In this document: positions 26,481-40,568 of the stretch, one piece after another
How the letters are laid out: each line of letters begins with the position of its first letter
How positions within the stretch are numbered: the stretch's first letter is position 1
The notes under the pieces: generated by a model
The model's input: only the letters and a program-made list of their open reading frames with translations
Database searches by the model: none
Told to the model about the DNA's origin: nothing
Program-made: the position numbers and the translations under genes
Assembly (NCBI RefSeq): GCF_003918875.1
Contig: NW_025767213.1
Location: 2,418,001-2,482,000 of the forward strand
DNA length: 64,000 nucleotides
From: Haliotis rubra
Taxonomy: Eukaryota
Direction: 5' to 3'

Positions 26481-26883
26481 TTTTCCTCCTTATGTTTCTT
26501 TCATAAACTTTTATATATCAACATGGTTTCTAGCAAAAAATCTTACAAAAGTAATACCTTCTATGGAAGACCTACAAAACGCACGACAAGCAAACTGTGC
26601 ATATACCCTCACATCATTGCCTATGGGATGTGTATATCACCACATCATTGCCTATGGGATGTGTATATCACATTCCTTATGGGAGGAAAACACAATGAAT
26701 TATTAAATAAATGAATTTAATTAAAATGATGACAGAGATAAGATAGTGTTGGCTGACGGTAATTATTCTGTTGTCCGGGCGCACGTGACAGATGTGTTGT
26801 ATATAAGTACTGCATGAGAACAAATGCATTCATTGAATGAAAAACGTAACAATTCAAACAAATTCTGCCAAAAATAAGACATC

Positions 26884-28965
26884 TACTCAGACGCCATCTG
26901 AAAACTACCATATGACAGCTACTTGGACATCATCCGACAACGACCCACCCACCATAACATCTTCATGGACAACATCGAGCAAAGACCAAGGCACCATATG
27001 ACAGCTACTTGGACTACGTCTTGCAAAGACCAAGGCACCATATGACAGCTACTTGGACAACGTCTTGCAAAGACCAAGGCACCATATAACAGCTACTTGG
27101 ATAACGTCTTGCAAAGACCAAGGCACCATATGACAGCTACTCGGACAACGTCTTGCAAAGACCAAGGCACCATATGACAGCTACTTGGACAACGTCTTGG
27201 ATAACGCACCATATGCAACTTGGACAACGTCTTGCAAAGACCAAGGCACCATATGACAGCTACTTGGATAACGTCTTGCAAAGACCAAGGCACCATATGA
27301 CAGCTACTTGGACAACGTCTTGCAAAGACCAAGGCACCATATGACAGCTACTTGGACAACGTCTTGCAAAGACCAAAGGCACCATATAACAGCTACTTGG
27401 ATAACGTCTTGCAAAGACCAAGGCACCATATACCAGCTACTGGGACAACGTATTGCTTTGTGTATGTGAAGTAATTCACAATTTCAAATTAAATATGACA
27501 TAGAAAACTTTTATTGAAGATATTGAAATGATTTATGACTTGAATATCAACAGTGAGTAAAGATTCGGGATTTGAACAAATAAATGTTGCAATCCATAAG
27601 CTAAGCCCTGTGTCCATTGAATGGGTTTTTGCTGCAGCCATAACGACATTGAAGGTGCATCATGTACTTCGAAACATATACCTACTGTTTACATCCAGAG
27701 ATTACTCAGACGTGGAGGTTATATGTCAATGTTTATCAAATCATCTACATGATATAAAGCCAACTGATGACACTAAAACCGTGAAACAGCTCGGGTCATA
27801 ATTATGTGTCTGTTTTGAGGCTTACTCTATACAATATGTGAAACAAGTTTTCTTGATCATAATTTGAGTGAGAGAGTGAGTTTAATTTTAATCGTGGCTG
27901 GACCAGACACTCCAGTGATCAACAGTATGAGCATCGATCTACGCAATTGGGAACCGTTGACACGTGTCAACCAAGTCAGCGAGGCCTGACCACCCGATCC
28001 CGTTAGTCACCTCTTACGACAACATAATTTGAAAAAGGAAACAGCAGTCTATAGTAATATAACTTAACTAGTCTCTAAAAATAAAAAAAATTCTGGTTGA
28101 AACAACGAATACTTAAATTGAAAAGGAGCCCAGGTGAGATGGGAGTTTCAGAAAGAGTCCTACTCAGACGCCATCTGAAAACTACGATATGACAGCTACT
28201 TGGACATCATCCGACAACGACCCACCCACCATAACATCTTCATGGACAACATCGAGCAAAGACCAAGGCACCATATGACAGCTACTTGGACTACGTCTTG
28301 CAAAGACCAAGGCACCATATGACAGCTACTTGGACAACGTCTTGCAAAGACCAAGGCACCATATGACAGCTACTTGGATAACGTCTTGCAAAGACCAAGG
28401 CACCATATGACAGCTACTTGGACAACGTCTTGCAAAGACCAAGGCACCAGCTATATGAGACCAAGCTACTTGGATAACGTCTTGCAAAGACCAAGGCACC
28501 ATATGAAAGCTACTTGGGCAACGTCTTGCAAAAAGACCAAGGCACCATATGACAGCTACTTGGATAACGTCTTGCAAAGACCAAGGCACCATATGAAAGC
28601 TACTTGGGCAACGTCTTGCAAAGACCAAGGCACCATATGACAGCTACTTGGATAACGTCTTGCAAAGACCAAGGCACCATATGAAAGCTACTTGGGCAAC
28701 GTCTTGCAAAGACCAAGGCACCATATGACAGCTACTTGGATAACGTCTTGCAAAGACCAAGGCACCATATGAAAGCTACTTGGGCAACGTCTTGCAAAGA
28801 CCAAGGCACCATATGAAAGCTACTTGATAACGTCTTGCAAAGACCAAGGCACCATATGAAAGCTACTTGGGCAACGTCTTGCAAAGACCAAGGCACCATA
28901 TAACAGCTACTTGGATAACGTCTTGCAAAGACCAAGGCACCATATGAAAGCAGCTACTTGGGCAT
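26884..28965. repeat. 44-bp minisatellite (two blocks, 26884-27451 and 28161-28965)
   Basis: Unit GCAAAGACCAAGGCACCATATGACAGCTACTTGGACAACGTCTT. Confidence 0.95.
27455..28160 (+). repeat. Near-identical duplicate of 30540-31411 with two internal deletions
   Basis: Same F-pseudogene 3' half and SINE; deletions at GATATT and CAT microhomologies. Confidence 0.92.
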
Positions 28966-29039
28966 TATCCGACACATCCTCGGACATCATAGGACAAGTA
29001 CGAATCATTAGGCACTCAGACAACTGCATCAACCACGAC

Positions 29040-29470
29040 CACACGGTCACCTTCAAACAGTTTCTCGTGCACTTAAAGAAGTGCGATCAAACACCAAAAG
29101 TAAAGTATGTATTACTATGGTTTTTACATTTCTTAAGCAGACTTTCCCCCACAATCATCAAACGTTTGATTTTACTATACCGTAGAATCATTTGGGGAAA
29201 CAAACAACAATTTCGTGTTGAAGAACATCATTCTTTAATAAAAAGAAGTAGTACAGATTAAAGGTTTAAATTCCCATAGTACGATCATTGACATTACAAT
29301 TATCTGCTGCATGGCAATTACCGATACTCACATTAGGCAATAAACCGTTGTTTCCTTTACGATAATGATAGCCCTGCCACCCATGTCTAACATATGATGC
29401 ATATAACATGTTATTGAGCCCAGATATACACACACAGCTATAATTTACCAATAACCACGAATTCATGCGA
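29040..29470 (-). pseudogene. Family-E eroded coding block, possibly cystine-knot (copies at 40010-40400 and 49510-50090)
   Basis: FPQMILR..KIKRLMIVGESLLKKCK...KCTRNCL versus U5 IKRLMVVGKGLVKKCR...FCKCSESCL, with several synonymous changes. Confidence 0.35.
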
Positions 29471-29619
29471 TGATAAAGAGTATATCCTTAGTTGTAATAA
29501 CTGGCCTTCACTTACTAAACGAGTAGGAATTTACTGTTATTTGTTGCTAGATGAAACGCGATTAATAGCTGTCATAAATGACAATGTTAAAGCGATTCAG
29601 GTCTGGGAAGTGTCCCTGG

Positions 29620-30110
29620 AGAGGGTCTTGTGACTTGACGTGTCCCGAGAGAGCGTCTTGTGACTTGACGCTGGTGGAACTACGTGGCATGATAAGGGCA
29701 TCTGAAAGCGGAACGACACCGGGGACAAAACTGATGATGCCATGTTTCATTCTTGTAGCTATACAATTCGCATTGAGAAGTATTCTTGTTTCGGTTTTTT
29801 TCAGTGTCAGCCGATGTTGCAACGTCAGGCCGCCATTGTAATGACGTCGATTTGCGGCTGGGGTGGGGTGGGGATGGGGGTGTCTCACGACCAACGTTTG
29901 ATGACGTCCGAAGTATTGCCCTTTCGCTGACGGTTATAACGGCGAAGTTAAAAGTCACCGATTATTTGTCTTTTTGCCTACGTCAAAAGATTTTCCTATT
30001 CAGAAACACGTAGCACTTCCATCACGCGCTGACGTCGGATGAGTGAAATCCAATTAAATACTTTTACTGTGTCTATATATCATATGGATATAAAGTTTCA
30101 GTGTTATTCC
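29620..30110 (+). promoter_or_regulatory. Promoter module C (CRE/YY1/CCAAT/TATA/Inr); copies at 40630-40790 (truncated) and 50210-50660
   Basis: TGACGTC x3, GCCGCCAT, GTGAAATCCAAT, TATATA and TCAGT Inr-like site, followed by GGGAAAC-ATG (ATA in U5). Confidence 0.55.
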
Positions 30111-30163
30111 TGGCTTTTCACAAATAGACGTTTTTAGAAAGAATATAATCCGACCTGGGAAAC

Positions 30164-31020
30164 ATGAAGATTCCATCCATTATTGTACATTTATTTCCTT
30201 TATCTAACGTCGAAGCCATGTAATGTAAACCGGACAAATATAACTACTCTGATCTTGTGAAGCAGTATCATATACATGTCATCAGTATTTAATCTTGGTC
30301 AAATCAAATATTCTTTTGTAATGTACGCCTATTCTATCAGATGATATAATCTCACACTAATTTGGAAAGGATTTATATAGTAAGGTTTATGATCCGTTTC
30401 ATTTTCATCGGAGCTATTAACTAATAAAAAAATAAAATAATGATTGACCACATAATTTTTTTGCCACATTGCGATCAGGACTGACTCTCCAACCAATTAA
30501 AATGGATTCCTTTATCAAAGTAACTACATCAGCGAATTGGCTTTGTGTATGTGGAGTAATTCACAATTTCAAATTAAATATGACATAGAAAACTTTTATT
30601 GAAGATATTTTCGTGCCTCATTATCAGGGTGGTGTGTACGGAAGAATTGGTTGTAAATACATTAGAAAACGTGTCCCATAAAATCTCTGTTTCATCATAT
30701 ATCGAAGCGGTGTGATGTAAACCTGGTCAAATTTGACTACACTGATATTGAAATGATTTATGACTTGAATATCAACAGTGAGTAAAGATTCGGGATTTGA
30801 ACAAATAAATGTTGCAATCCATAAGCTAAGCCCTGTGTCCATTGAATGGGTTTTTGCTGCAGCCATAACGACATTGAAGGTGCATCATGTACTTCGAAAC
30901 ATATACCTACTGTTTACATCCAGAGATTACTCAGACGTGGAGGTTATATGTCAATGTTTATCAAATCATCTACATGATATAAAGCCAACTGATGACACTA
31001 AAACCGTGAAACAGCTAGGG
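30164..31020 (+). pseudogene. Family-F cystine-knot cytokine-like pseudogene (U3)
   Basis: Exon 1 MKIPSII|gt; acceptor CTATCAG shared with U5; relics TCP..ISKR, KCCNP, PVSIEW and SDVEVICQCL in IL-17-like order. Confidence 0.4.
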
Positions 31021-31092
31021 TAATAATTATGTGTCTGTTTTGAGGCTTACTCTATACAATATGTGAAACAAGTTTTCTTGATCATAATTTGA

Positions 31093-31291
31093 GTGAGAGA
31101 GTGAGTTTAATTTTAATCGTGGCTGGACCAGACACTCCAGTGATCAACAGTATGAGCATCGATCTACGCAATTGGGAACCGTTGACACGTGTCAACCAAG
31201 TCAGCGAGCCTGACCACCCGATCCCGTTAGTCACCTCTTACGACAAGCATGGGTTACTGAAGACCAATTCTAGCCCGGATCTTCACGGGTC
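31093..31291 (-). mobile_element. SINE with 13-bp TSD
   Basis: GATCATAATTTGA at 31080-31092 and 31292-31304; (CACT)-type tail. Confidence 0.9.
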
Positions 31292-34200
31292 GATCATAAT
31301 TTGAAAAAGGAAACAGCAGTCTATAGTAATATAACTTAACTAGTCTCTAAAAATAAAAAAATTCTGGTTGAAACAACGAATACTTAAATTGAAAAGGAGC
31401 CCAGGTGAGATGGGAGTTTCAGAAAGAGTCCTGACTCTGGCGAAAATCTAGACTCCCTTCATTTAGGCTTTTTTCATATTGCCATTTATATGCACTTGTA
31501 TTTAAACTAACAGATACCCTTGATATCTGATAGTGGCATTCACAAATAATTAACTACAGACGTGGAGTCAGATTCATGTTTGACAGACTTTAAGACCAGT
31601 GTTAACAAGATGGTAGAAGAACATTGATGTTTATTTTGCTTGTGTAAGTATTAAATTACCTGGTGTATGTTTTGCAAAACCTGTTTCAAAACCCAAACAG
31701 ACATCCAAAAGAAACCTCTCTCAGTATGTTAGCAACAAACTAATCACTTGAGATAAGACCAGAATACATCTTTTCTTTCTCCATCTCACGGAAAAGACAT
31801 CGTTCCATCAAGATTTCCTTTTTCATTCTCTGAGTACTTTCCGTTCATATCCTAACTTGATCAGTGTAATTCTGATATTCCAAGAGTACAGAAAGACCAA
31901 TGCTTTAAGATATAGTATTGTAGTTTGGTTCTGATAGGTTTGCGATAGTACAGATAATAGAAAGTGTAAGAAGTTCTTTGCCTTGATGAATTGTTAACGT
32001 TATTCAGTTATTGTTATGAATGTCCCATCTGTTGTCATGGTTTGGTTATTTGTTGTGTGGAAGTGTTGTTGGATGGTGGAAGTGTTGTTGTATGGTTGAA
32101 GCGATGTCTCTATGGAGTGATTGTCAGTTGCACAAAAGATTTTTGCAATAGTAAAATGATGATGGTTGAAGTGGTCAGGAAACTGACAAACATGGGGAAA
32201 TGGATTGTTGGAGCCGTTTCGTGATGTGACAGTTTCTAGGAGACTGGATCGATGTACCTATATATTTATCCTACCTGACCAATAACCTGGCTTTCAGTAA
32301 AAGAATCCCTTGGTGTAAAAGGAACGGTTGCAACATTAAGCTGTTTTCAGTGGCTTATAAATGAGGAAGCAGAATGCGCAAACTCTCTATCTTTAAATAC
32401 ATAAATGAAGGACGCCAACTGGGTGTTAAAGACCTCGTCATACCTCGATCATCATAAACCTCCTCTCAGAAAACAGATTTATCGCAGAGCGTTATGGCGT
32501 TGTTAATTTAAGTGGATCCTGGATTTAAGAACAGAGATCTGGAAGAGGAAATACTCCCGAGGATTTATTTGAGAGTGAAGCAATATCTATCAGTTTTAAA
32601 TATTTTTACTTCAGTTTTCCGATTTATTTTTGGTAAAAAATTGATTCCTCATTTTGCTATACTAGGATTCTAAAGATTTTTTTAGTTAGCTACCAAATAT
32701 TTATGCATTGTATTGTGTTCTGGAAACTTCACAATGAAAAATGAGAATTTGTTTTGAAATTATTTACCGCAAATTTGTCCACGTCTAAAATAAGTTTTGT
32801 TTCACGGGATTATGGCAGTGTGTGCAATCACCTAACAGTTACACTAAACGAACGGCATCATACAAATGAGTGACGAAGGTGATATTTTTCTTTTGTCAGA
32901 AACTAAATGTAAAACGTCAAGGCAAGATATCAATCAGAATTGTCTTTCTGGCGATCAGTTTGGCGTAAAAGGCAAAACATGGACGATAACTTTATGAATG
33001 GTCAACCGAAATTCAATGAAGATAATAGAATACACTAAAACAGCATTTTGGATTATCTGCAGAATCAATCAAACATTCATGCCATATTTATACATTTACT
33101 TCTGTGTATACATACACACATGAACTAAATGGGATGAGATGTCAGGCTCTCATGAATAATCGTAGGTGTCCCCCTTCCTACATACACGGACGTCAGATGT
33201 CGTCAGTTCGTTCAGTTTGCAGTTCCTGTCATTTCTGTTGCCGTCGGTGCCCGCACAGAAAGTAATACAATTACAAAGATATAGGGTCTGGCTCACAAGT
33301 TATCAAATACTCATCGATAAATATTGGTAGACGTCATAATACTGCCCATTGTCTGAGAACCCTAACAGCTAATTACTCCGGCTTATCTCCCCGTGCCAGC
33401 TCTTCACCGACATGAAGGAGGGACGATTGATACGCATTGAACTAAATGGGTTTTGCTGGAGAGGAGATACGAAAAGGGAAAGACTTCCATGGAATTTCGA
33501 TTAAATGCAATTTCCGCCCACTATTGTGTGTATTGAGAGGTGAAATAAGGATTTGACCCTTCGAGTCATGTAATGTTGATTTTAGCAACTCTGTTAAATG
33601 CAGAACTGTAACGACTATACAGGAGACGTACTTCATAGTGGTGTAAATGAAACTGTGAAATTCCACAAAGTCAACTATTAAAAACACAGATTTAGCTTGA
33701 CATATAAACGTGTTATAGAGAATTTTGTTGACATACATTGCTTCGTCCTGCGACATGCCATTCATTACTTCAAATTCACTAAGTCTTACAAAACAATGTC
33801 CATTTGTAGCTGTAGTGGTAGAATATGGCATAATTAGGGTTACTGGACCCGAAACACCGACACGAATGTCCGCTGACCTCGAGTCAACGTCCTGACACAG
33901 ACCTTCAATTGGGTTTACTAATAACGATGACACTATGCATCATAAATATGTTGACTGCAATAAATATTTCATTTAAGTCGAAATATCATTATTATAATTT
34001 CCCTACATGACTTTATCTCAATATTTGATCGCAGTTAAATACCAAAGGGACAGGCAGGCGATCTCGTGTCATGCCCATAGGGCCAACTCAATTTTGCTTC
34101 GCCAATGTTAGGTCACATGACGTATGACACACCAGCGCCCTCTCTGTACCGCGCCTGACGTCAAGAGAGTGATTCCATCTTGCAAATGCTTGAAGGCGTA

Positions 34201-35504
34201 GGGAAACAATGCATAAATCAAATAAAGTGGCTAAAGCATACTAAGGTTTGAAAAGCAGTTGCTCTTCGGGTCGACTGGAATTAGCAAGGATTTGGTGTCA
34301 TATTCTTCGTAAGCAGACAATATTTTGGCAATAGACGTGTCTGGAACTATTGACAAGGTCACGTGATGCAGAGTACCATAATTGTCCCGGTATTGGTTTT
34401 CTAGTGCATACCGAGCTCAGGTCTGTTACCGACAGAAGATCAACGGATTAGGTCATACAATATTAATAGTATCCAAGAGCTTTAGTTTCTTGGATGGTAG
34501 TTCAGATCGGTGGATAACGGAAGACAAAAGCAGGGTGGAGATGATGACGACAGCAGCAGTTTATTATGGTTGAGGAATTGTGGTCGAAATGGTACAAGTT
34601 GATGGTAAACCCGTGTCACAACGCACACTGGGACGGAGTGGCCAATGTTCCACTATCTGTCACTTACATACATACAGAAGTCGGACGGCGATTCTTCATC
34701 GTCGTCGTAGTCGTTGGTGAGGCTACATATGTTTAATTTGTGTATTCCGACAGATAAAACATGCTACGACATTCCTCCTCTGATTCAGAAAAAAATGATC
34801 TGGTATCATTATATAATTATGTAAATTAGCGGAGTTAACTCTCATCTCACTTTACACTCAAGTTACATGAAGACCATCTTACTCTGAATACTTAGCCTTG
34901 ATCATTGTAGCAGTCAGCTGAATATTGTCATCTCTGTCATTGTTACTATAATCACCGCTTTTGTATTATACCGCCTTTGAAATTCTACTGTCTCTCTATT
35001 TTGTACTGACTTTGTATCTATTTGTATACATTGTTTATAGTTGTTAATTCTATCACATTGCTTAGTTGTTTCGCTCCACGTTCCTTTACAGATTGATTTC
35101 CAGTTAATTAATTGTATTAGTTTTCACTTGGGAATCAACGTGTAACAATGTGCAAGATTAGGTTTTGATGTTGAAGACATTTTCATTTGGCCCATGTTTA
35201 TCGTCAGTATTAGAGAACAAAAATTAAATCACTGCTTTTGCAGAGTAATATAACATACATCCCCTCTGAGATTCCACAGATTAATTCCAGTTAGTGCTAA
35301 ATATGATTTCGCCAAGTATTTCCATGAATGTGATCTTTATCTGATTGTTTGACGCCCCCGCACCCACCCACACTGAAGGGCAATGGGAGTCGTGTTGATC
35401 CATTTGTTTTCTTAACGCCAAGACTAAAATACCAGCACTTTGTAATTTGATTCGTCATAGTGTAGTATGGATGAGAGCATCATGCAATACATCGAATAAT
35501 CACC

Positions 35505-36260
35505 AAGTATAGAGAGAAAGGTGTAGGTGAGTAAACAATCGTGTAGTTATTACCAATTATCATCCAATACTTTATTTATATTTCCTGCTTATAGTTCATA
35601 TTTTGTCCGTGACATTCACTCAATCGGAAACCGTTGTCGACAATGTCTTCATATCAATAGCTCTTAGTGGTACAGGGCACCGATGGCTCGATCGTCTGAG
35701 GTAGTACAAGTGACTCGACAGAGTTACAGCTCTTTGTAGTATCAGGAAACTACGATCGTAGTTCTGATTCGAACTGATCATGTTTCTGGAATTGTCAGTA
35801 CCATACCCGTGCTTTCAAATTCATGTGAAGTTGATACGATTTAATTATTCTGAAATAACATTATTCAAATCGCCACTAAAACAAGCGCATTCATTTACGA
35901 GGTAGATGGCTGCTTGCTCTTCATCTCTAACCCACCAGAGCTAAAAACTGACACCTCATGTAATAACACAACAAAATGACTGTTCTCTGCATCCATATTT
36001 GTGTTTACACAACGTTGCAAATGCTTGGAATCTTCAGTCGTACACTCTGCCATGGATTAATGCCATGCAAACACATCGTTAACACCAACACAGTTAAACT
36101 AGTCAAACCCCAACAGCTACTGACAACAAACCGTTATAGTCTACGACGTCGTCATCGGCTGCTTCTACCAGCAAAGGTACTCCATGTTATACAATACCGA
36201 GGATACGTCAAAAGAAGCGAGGCGTGCAATTCCATGTCCTACAGCCGTTAAGACCAGCAT
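35505..36260 (+). pseudogene. Family-D pseudogene (U4)
   Basis: Start ATG>AAG, donor G|gtgagt, acceptor cttatag; LCHGLMPCKHIVNTNTVKLVK...DVVIGCFY with a 14-nt frameshifting deletion. Confidence 0.45.
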
Positions 36261-36722
36261 TAAGAGTCTGCCATTGTAAACATACACGGGGATTTACCTG
36301 GTGTATTTTCGGCAGAGCAAAATCCGATATTGTCAAACAATGGTGTTTGAAAATAAATGTATGAAAAGCTTAGTTACTTGGCGTATGTATCAGTGAATCA
36401 TGTTTTTAGGAGTATCCCAGATGTGACACCGTTTTCTTGGAGGCTGCCATTTGTGAAATGGGAAGTAACTGCATCTATATCACATCGGAGACTCAGTCAT
36501 GAGGAATGCCGATACCTATGCTATTCAACAATATCACGTGTGAATGAACAAGCGTGGGTTAATAGCTCTACATTTGCTATTCAACACTGGCAATAGTGAG
36601 TGAACACCACCACCTGTGACATTCAACACTGATAAATGACTCAATGTTCATGCTTATAACATGAGGAACGGGCGAGAGAGAGCGAATAATCTGATTTACA
36701 TCCAGCACTACCATGAGTAGGT

Positions 36723-36724
<2 letters not shown>

Positions 36725-36783
<59 letters not shown>
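36725..36783. repeat. (TA)n microsatellite
   Basis: Pure TA run. Confidence 0.98.
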
Positions 36784-36786
<3 letters not shown>

Positions 36787-37127
36787 TTGGTCTTTAAGAG
36801 ATATGTAATATCAATGTCACGATTTTCTCTTTTACGGGATCTATTTTCACAAAAATATGTAAAACTTTTATAGAAATAGAAAAAAATGATATCGTTAAAT
36901 GAACAACTTTGTAAACACATATAACCGGTTAAGAATGACATATCCGTGGAAAGCAAACCCTACATTCTCAGATGCCTCCAATTATTCTTTACAAAAGGAT
37001 ATTGAAGGCGTATATTATTTCTGAGAGGCTGTTTTCAATACAATAAATCTTGGAGAACTCGTGGGCAATAAAGGAAACTAAAATATTGAAACTGAATTGC
37101 CACAATATCCTTCTTATCGATTATCTG

Positions 37128-37699
37128 TTAGCCTACTCAAGCACTTAGCACACTAAATATGATGAATTGTAAGCTTAATGGAATATCCCTGACTGCCTAC
37201 GATGAACCTTTCACGTATCGACTGGCCGTAACAGACAAATGGGCACCAACAAATAACGTATCAAAAGTATTCATTCCTAATAACTAGTATCTGAATACAA
37301 TCTGTTATCTGGTGTATCTGTTACTTACTCTCAAATTGCACTAATCTGATAAATAGCAAAGTCATGTCACACCCTGTCCCGTTCCCGAATGTAACATCGG
37401 CCATGCATATAATGGAATTTATCAACGTCGTCTTTTTGCGAAGCTTGCATTAAGAAGCTTACCTGTGATTGATTGCCAACAATCTCCCTTGACACTTGGT
37501 CAGTCGGTCAATACCAACCACGTGTTACTGTTTCCGAAACAGCGGAACACTAAATATCTCTTTGTCTCGTCTAGCATAAAAAAGTAGGACTACAATCCGG
37601 AACGCAATTCCTAGGAGATTTCCAAAAACCTAGGCGGACAATAAAAACAGATTGACAACAAAAGGGCAGAGATACATGTAATACTTTCCTTTCTTCCAT
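37128..37699 (-). pseudogene. IL17-like: IL-17-like pseudogene, family B (U4)
   Basis: Near-identical to the U3/U5 copies; the central CxxxxC region is deleted or altered. Confidence 0.6.
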
Positions 37700-37964
37700 G
37701 AATTTCCCCCCGTATTTATGCTTCGTTATATATATATTTCTTTTATAAACTTTGATACGCCAACATAGTTTCCAGCAAGCCGAACTTTCTTGGGAAATCT
37801 CACATATAATAAGGAATACCTCTTTCTATGGAAGATTTACAAAACGCCCGACAAGCTCAATCTGCACACACTACAACATCATTGCCTCTGGGAAGTGTAT
37901 GTGAAATTTCGGATGGGGGAGAACTCGATGAATTATTAAACATGTGAATTCAATTACTTGGATG

Positions 37965-39995
37965 ATAGAGCTACTTGGACATCATCCTACAACTACTCAG
38001 ACACCATCTCACAGCTACTTGGACATCATCCTACAACTACTCAGACACCATCTCACAGCTACTTGGACATCATCCTACAACTACTCAGACACCATCTCAC
38101 AGCTACTTGGACATCATCCTACAACTACTCAGACACCATCTCACAGCTACTTGGACATCATCCTACAACTACTCAGACACCATCTCACAGCTACTTGGAC
38201 ATCATCCTACAACTACTCAGACACCATCTAACAGCTATTTGGACATCACCACACAACACAGACACCATCTAACAGCTATTTGGACATCACCACACAACAC
38301 AGAGTCACAGACATCATCTCACAGCTACTTGGACATCACCACACAACACAGACACCATCTAACAGCTATTTGGACATCACCACACAACACAGACACCATC
38401 TAACAGCTATTTGGACATCACCACACAACACAGACACCATCTAACAGCTACTTGGACATCACCACACAACACAGAGTCACAGACACCATCTAACAGCTTC
38501 TTGGACATCACTACACAACACATACACCATCTAACAGCTATTTGGACATCACCACACAACACAGACACCATCTAACAGCTATTTGGACATTGGACAACAG
38601 GGTCACAGACACCATCAACACTATTTGGACATCACACACAACACAGACACCATCTAACAGCTACTTGGACATCACCACACAACACAGACACCATCTAACA
38701 GCTACTTGGACATCACCACACAACACAGACACCATCTAACAGCTATTTGGACATCACCACACAACACAGACACCATCTAACAGCTATTTGGACATCACCA
38801 CAACAACACAGACACCATCTAACAGCTACTTGGACATCACCACACAACACAGACACCATCTAACAGCTACTTGGACATCACCACACAACACAGACACCAT
38901 CACCACAGCTACTTGGACATCACCACACAACACAGACATCATCTAACAGCTACTTGGACATCACCACACAACACAGAGTCACAGACACCATCTAACAGCT
39001 TCTTGGACATCACCACACAACACAGACACCATCTAACAGCTACTTGGACATCACCACACAACACAGACACCATCTAACAGCTACTTGGACATCACCACAC
39101 AACACAGACACCATCTAACAGCTTCTTGGACATCACTACACAACACAGACACCATCTAACAGCTACTTGGACATCACCACACAACACAGACACCATCTAA
39201 CAGCTACTTGGACATCACCACACAACACAGACACCATCTAACAGCTACTTGGACATCACCACACAACACAGAGTCACAGACACCATCTAACAGCTACTTG
39301 GACATCACCACCACACAGACACACAGACTTGGACATCATCAACACAACAGCCATGTAACAGCTACTTTGACACCACACCACACAACACAGACACCATCTA
39401 ACAGCTACTTGGACATCACCACAACACAGACATCATCTAACAGCAGATCACCACCATCTGACACCATCTAACAGCTACTTGGACATCACCACACAACACA
39501 GAGTCACAGACACCATCTAACAGCTACTTGGACATCACCACACAACACAGACACCATCTAACAGCTACTTGGACATCACAACACAACACAGACACCACAT
39601 CACAGCTTCACACATCACACACACCACAGACACCATCTAACTTGGACATCACCACACAGACACATCTAACACTTGGACATCTAACACACCATTGGACAGT
39701 TACTCTAACAACAACATAGACACCATCTGACAGCTACTTGGACATCATCTCACACACAACACAGACACCATCTAACAGCTACTTGGACATCACCACACAA
39801 CACAGACACCATCTAACAGCTTCTTGGACATCACCACACAACACAGACACCATCTGACAGCTACTTGGACATCACCAAACAACCAAACAACACCATCTAA
39901 CAGCTACTTGGACATCACCACACAACACAGACACCATCTGACAGCTATTTGGACATCACCACACAACACAGACACCATCAGACAGCTACTTGACC
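37965..39995. repeat. 44-bp then 41-bp minisatellite
   Basis: CAGACACCATCTCACAGCTACTTGGACATCATCCTACAACTACT changing to CAGACACCATCTAACAGCTACTTGGACATCACCACACAACA. Confidence 0.95.
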
Positions 39996-40421
39996 ATCAT
40001 CGGACTTTTTAAGCAGTCTTTTCACAAGAATCATTAACATTTTGATTGCACGATATGCCGTAAAATCATTTGGAAAAATCGTAATTTTTTTCTCTTCTTG
40101 TCTTTCTAAAGCAGCACTCCCACGGAAGCACAGTCAATGCGTGTACCAATTTACTCATTACGCGATGTTTCAAAAGCTTGGAAAAATTGTACTTCATAAT
40201 GATAGCTCGGTGCACAAAAAGAAAGATACCAAAATAACATGACAATTTACTAATTGTACTTGGCAAATACTGATACTCGCATCAAGCTGGAAACCGATAT
40301 TTCCTCTAGGATAATGATAGCCCAGCCCCCCTTGTCTAACATATGGTACATATAACATATTACTAAAGCCAGCCCATACACAATAGCTATTTTTTATCAA
40401 TTACGAACAATGTGGAGGATG

Positions 40422-40568
40422 CATTGGCGGATCCAGAGGGGGGTTCAACACCCCCCCTTTGAAGATGACTTAAGTCCACATTGAAGTTTTATTTTTGCGT
40501 TGGCGGAGCCAATGGGGGCTTCAGGGGAAGGCCCCCCTCTCTTTTCTAAATTCCTGGATCCGCCCATG
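40422..40568. mobile_element. Short MITE
   Basis: TIR CATTGGCGGATCCAG / CTGGATCCGCCCATG; interrupts block E of U4 only. Confidence 0.8.

Larger units (their letters stand above)
21760..33170. repeat. Segmental-duplication unit U3 (order A1-A2-D-B-satellite-E-C-F)
   Basis: Collinear homology blocks with 33170-43200 and 43210-51450. Confidence 0.9.

Noticed and set aside
27766-27800. Hammerhead-like CTGATGA...GAAAC (also at ~30990)
   Set aside because: Stem II is only 2 bp and there is no stem I/III; it lies in the F pseudogene tail.
17620-39995. CRISPR-like appearance of regular repeats
   Set aside because: Head-to-tail tandem units without unique spacers, no cas genes, eukaryotic context.
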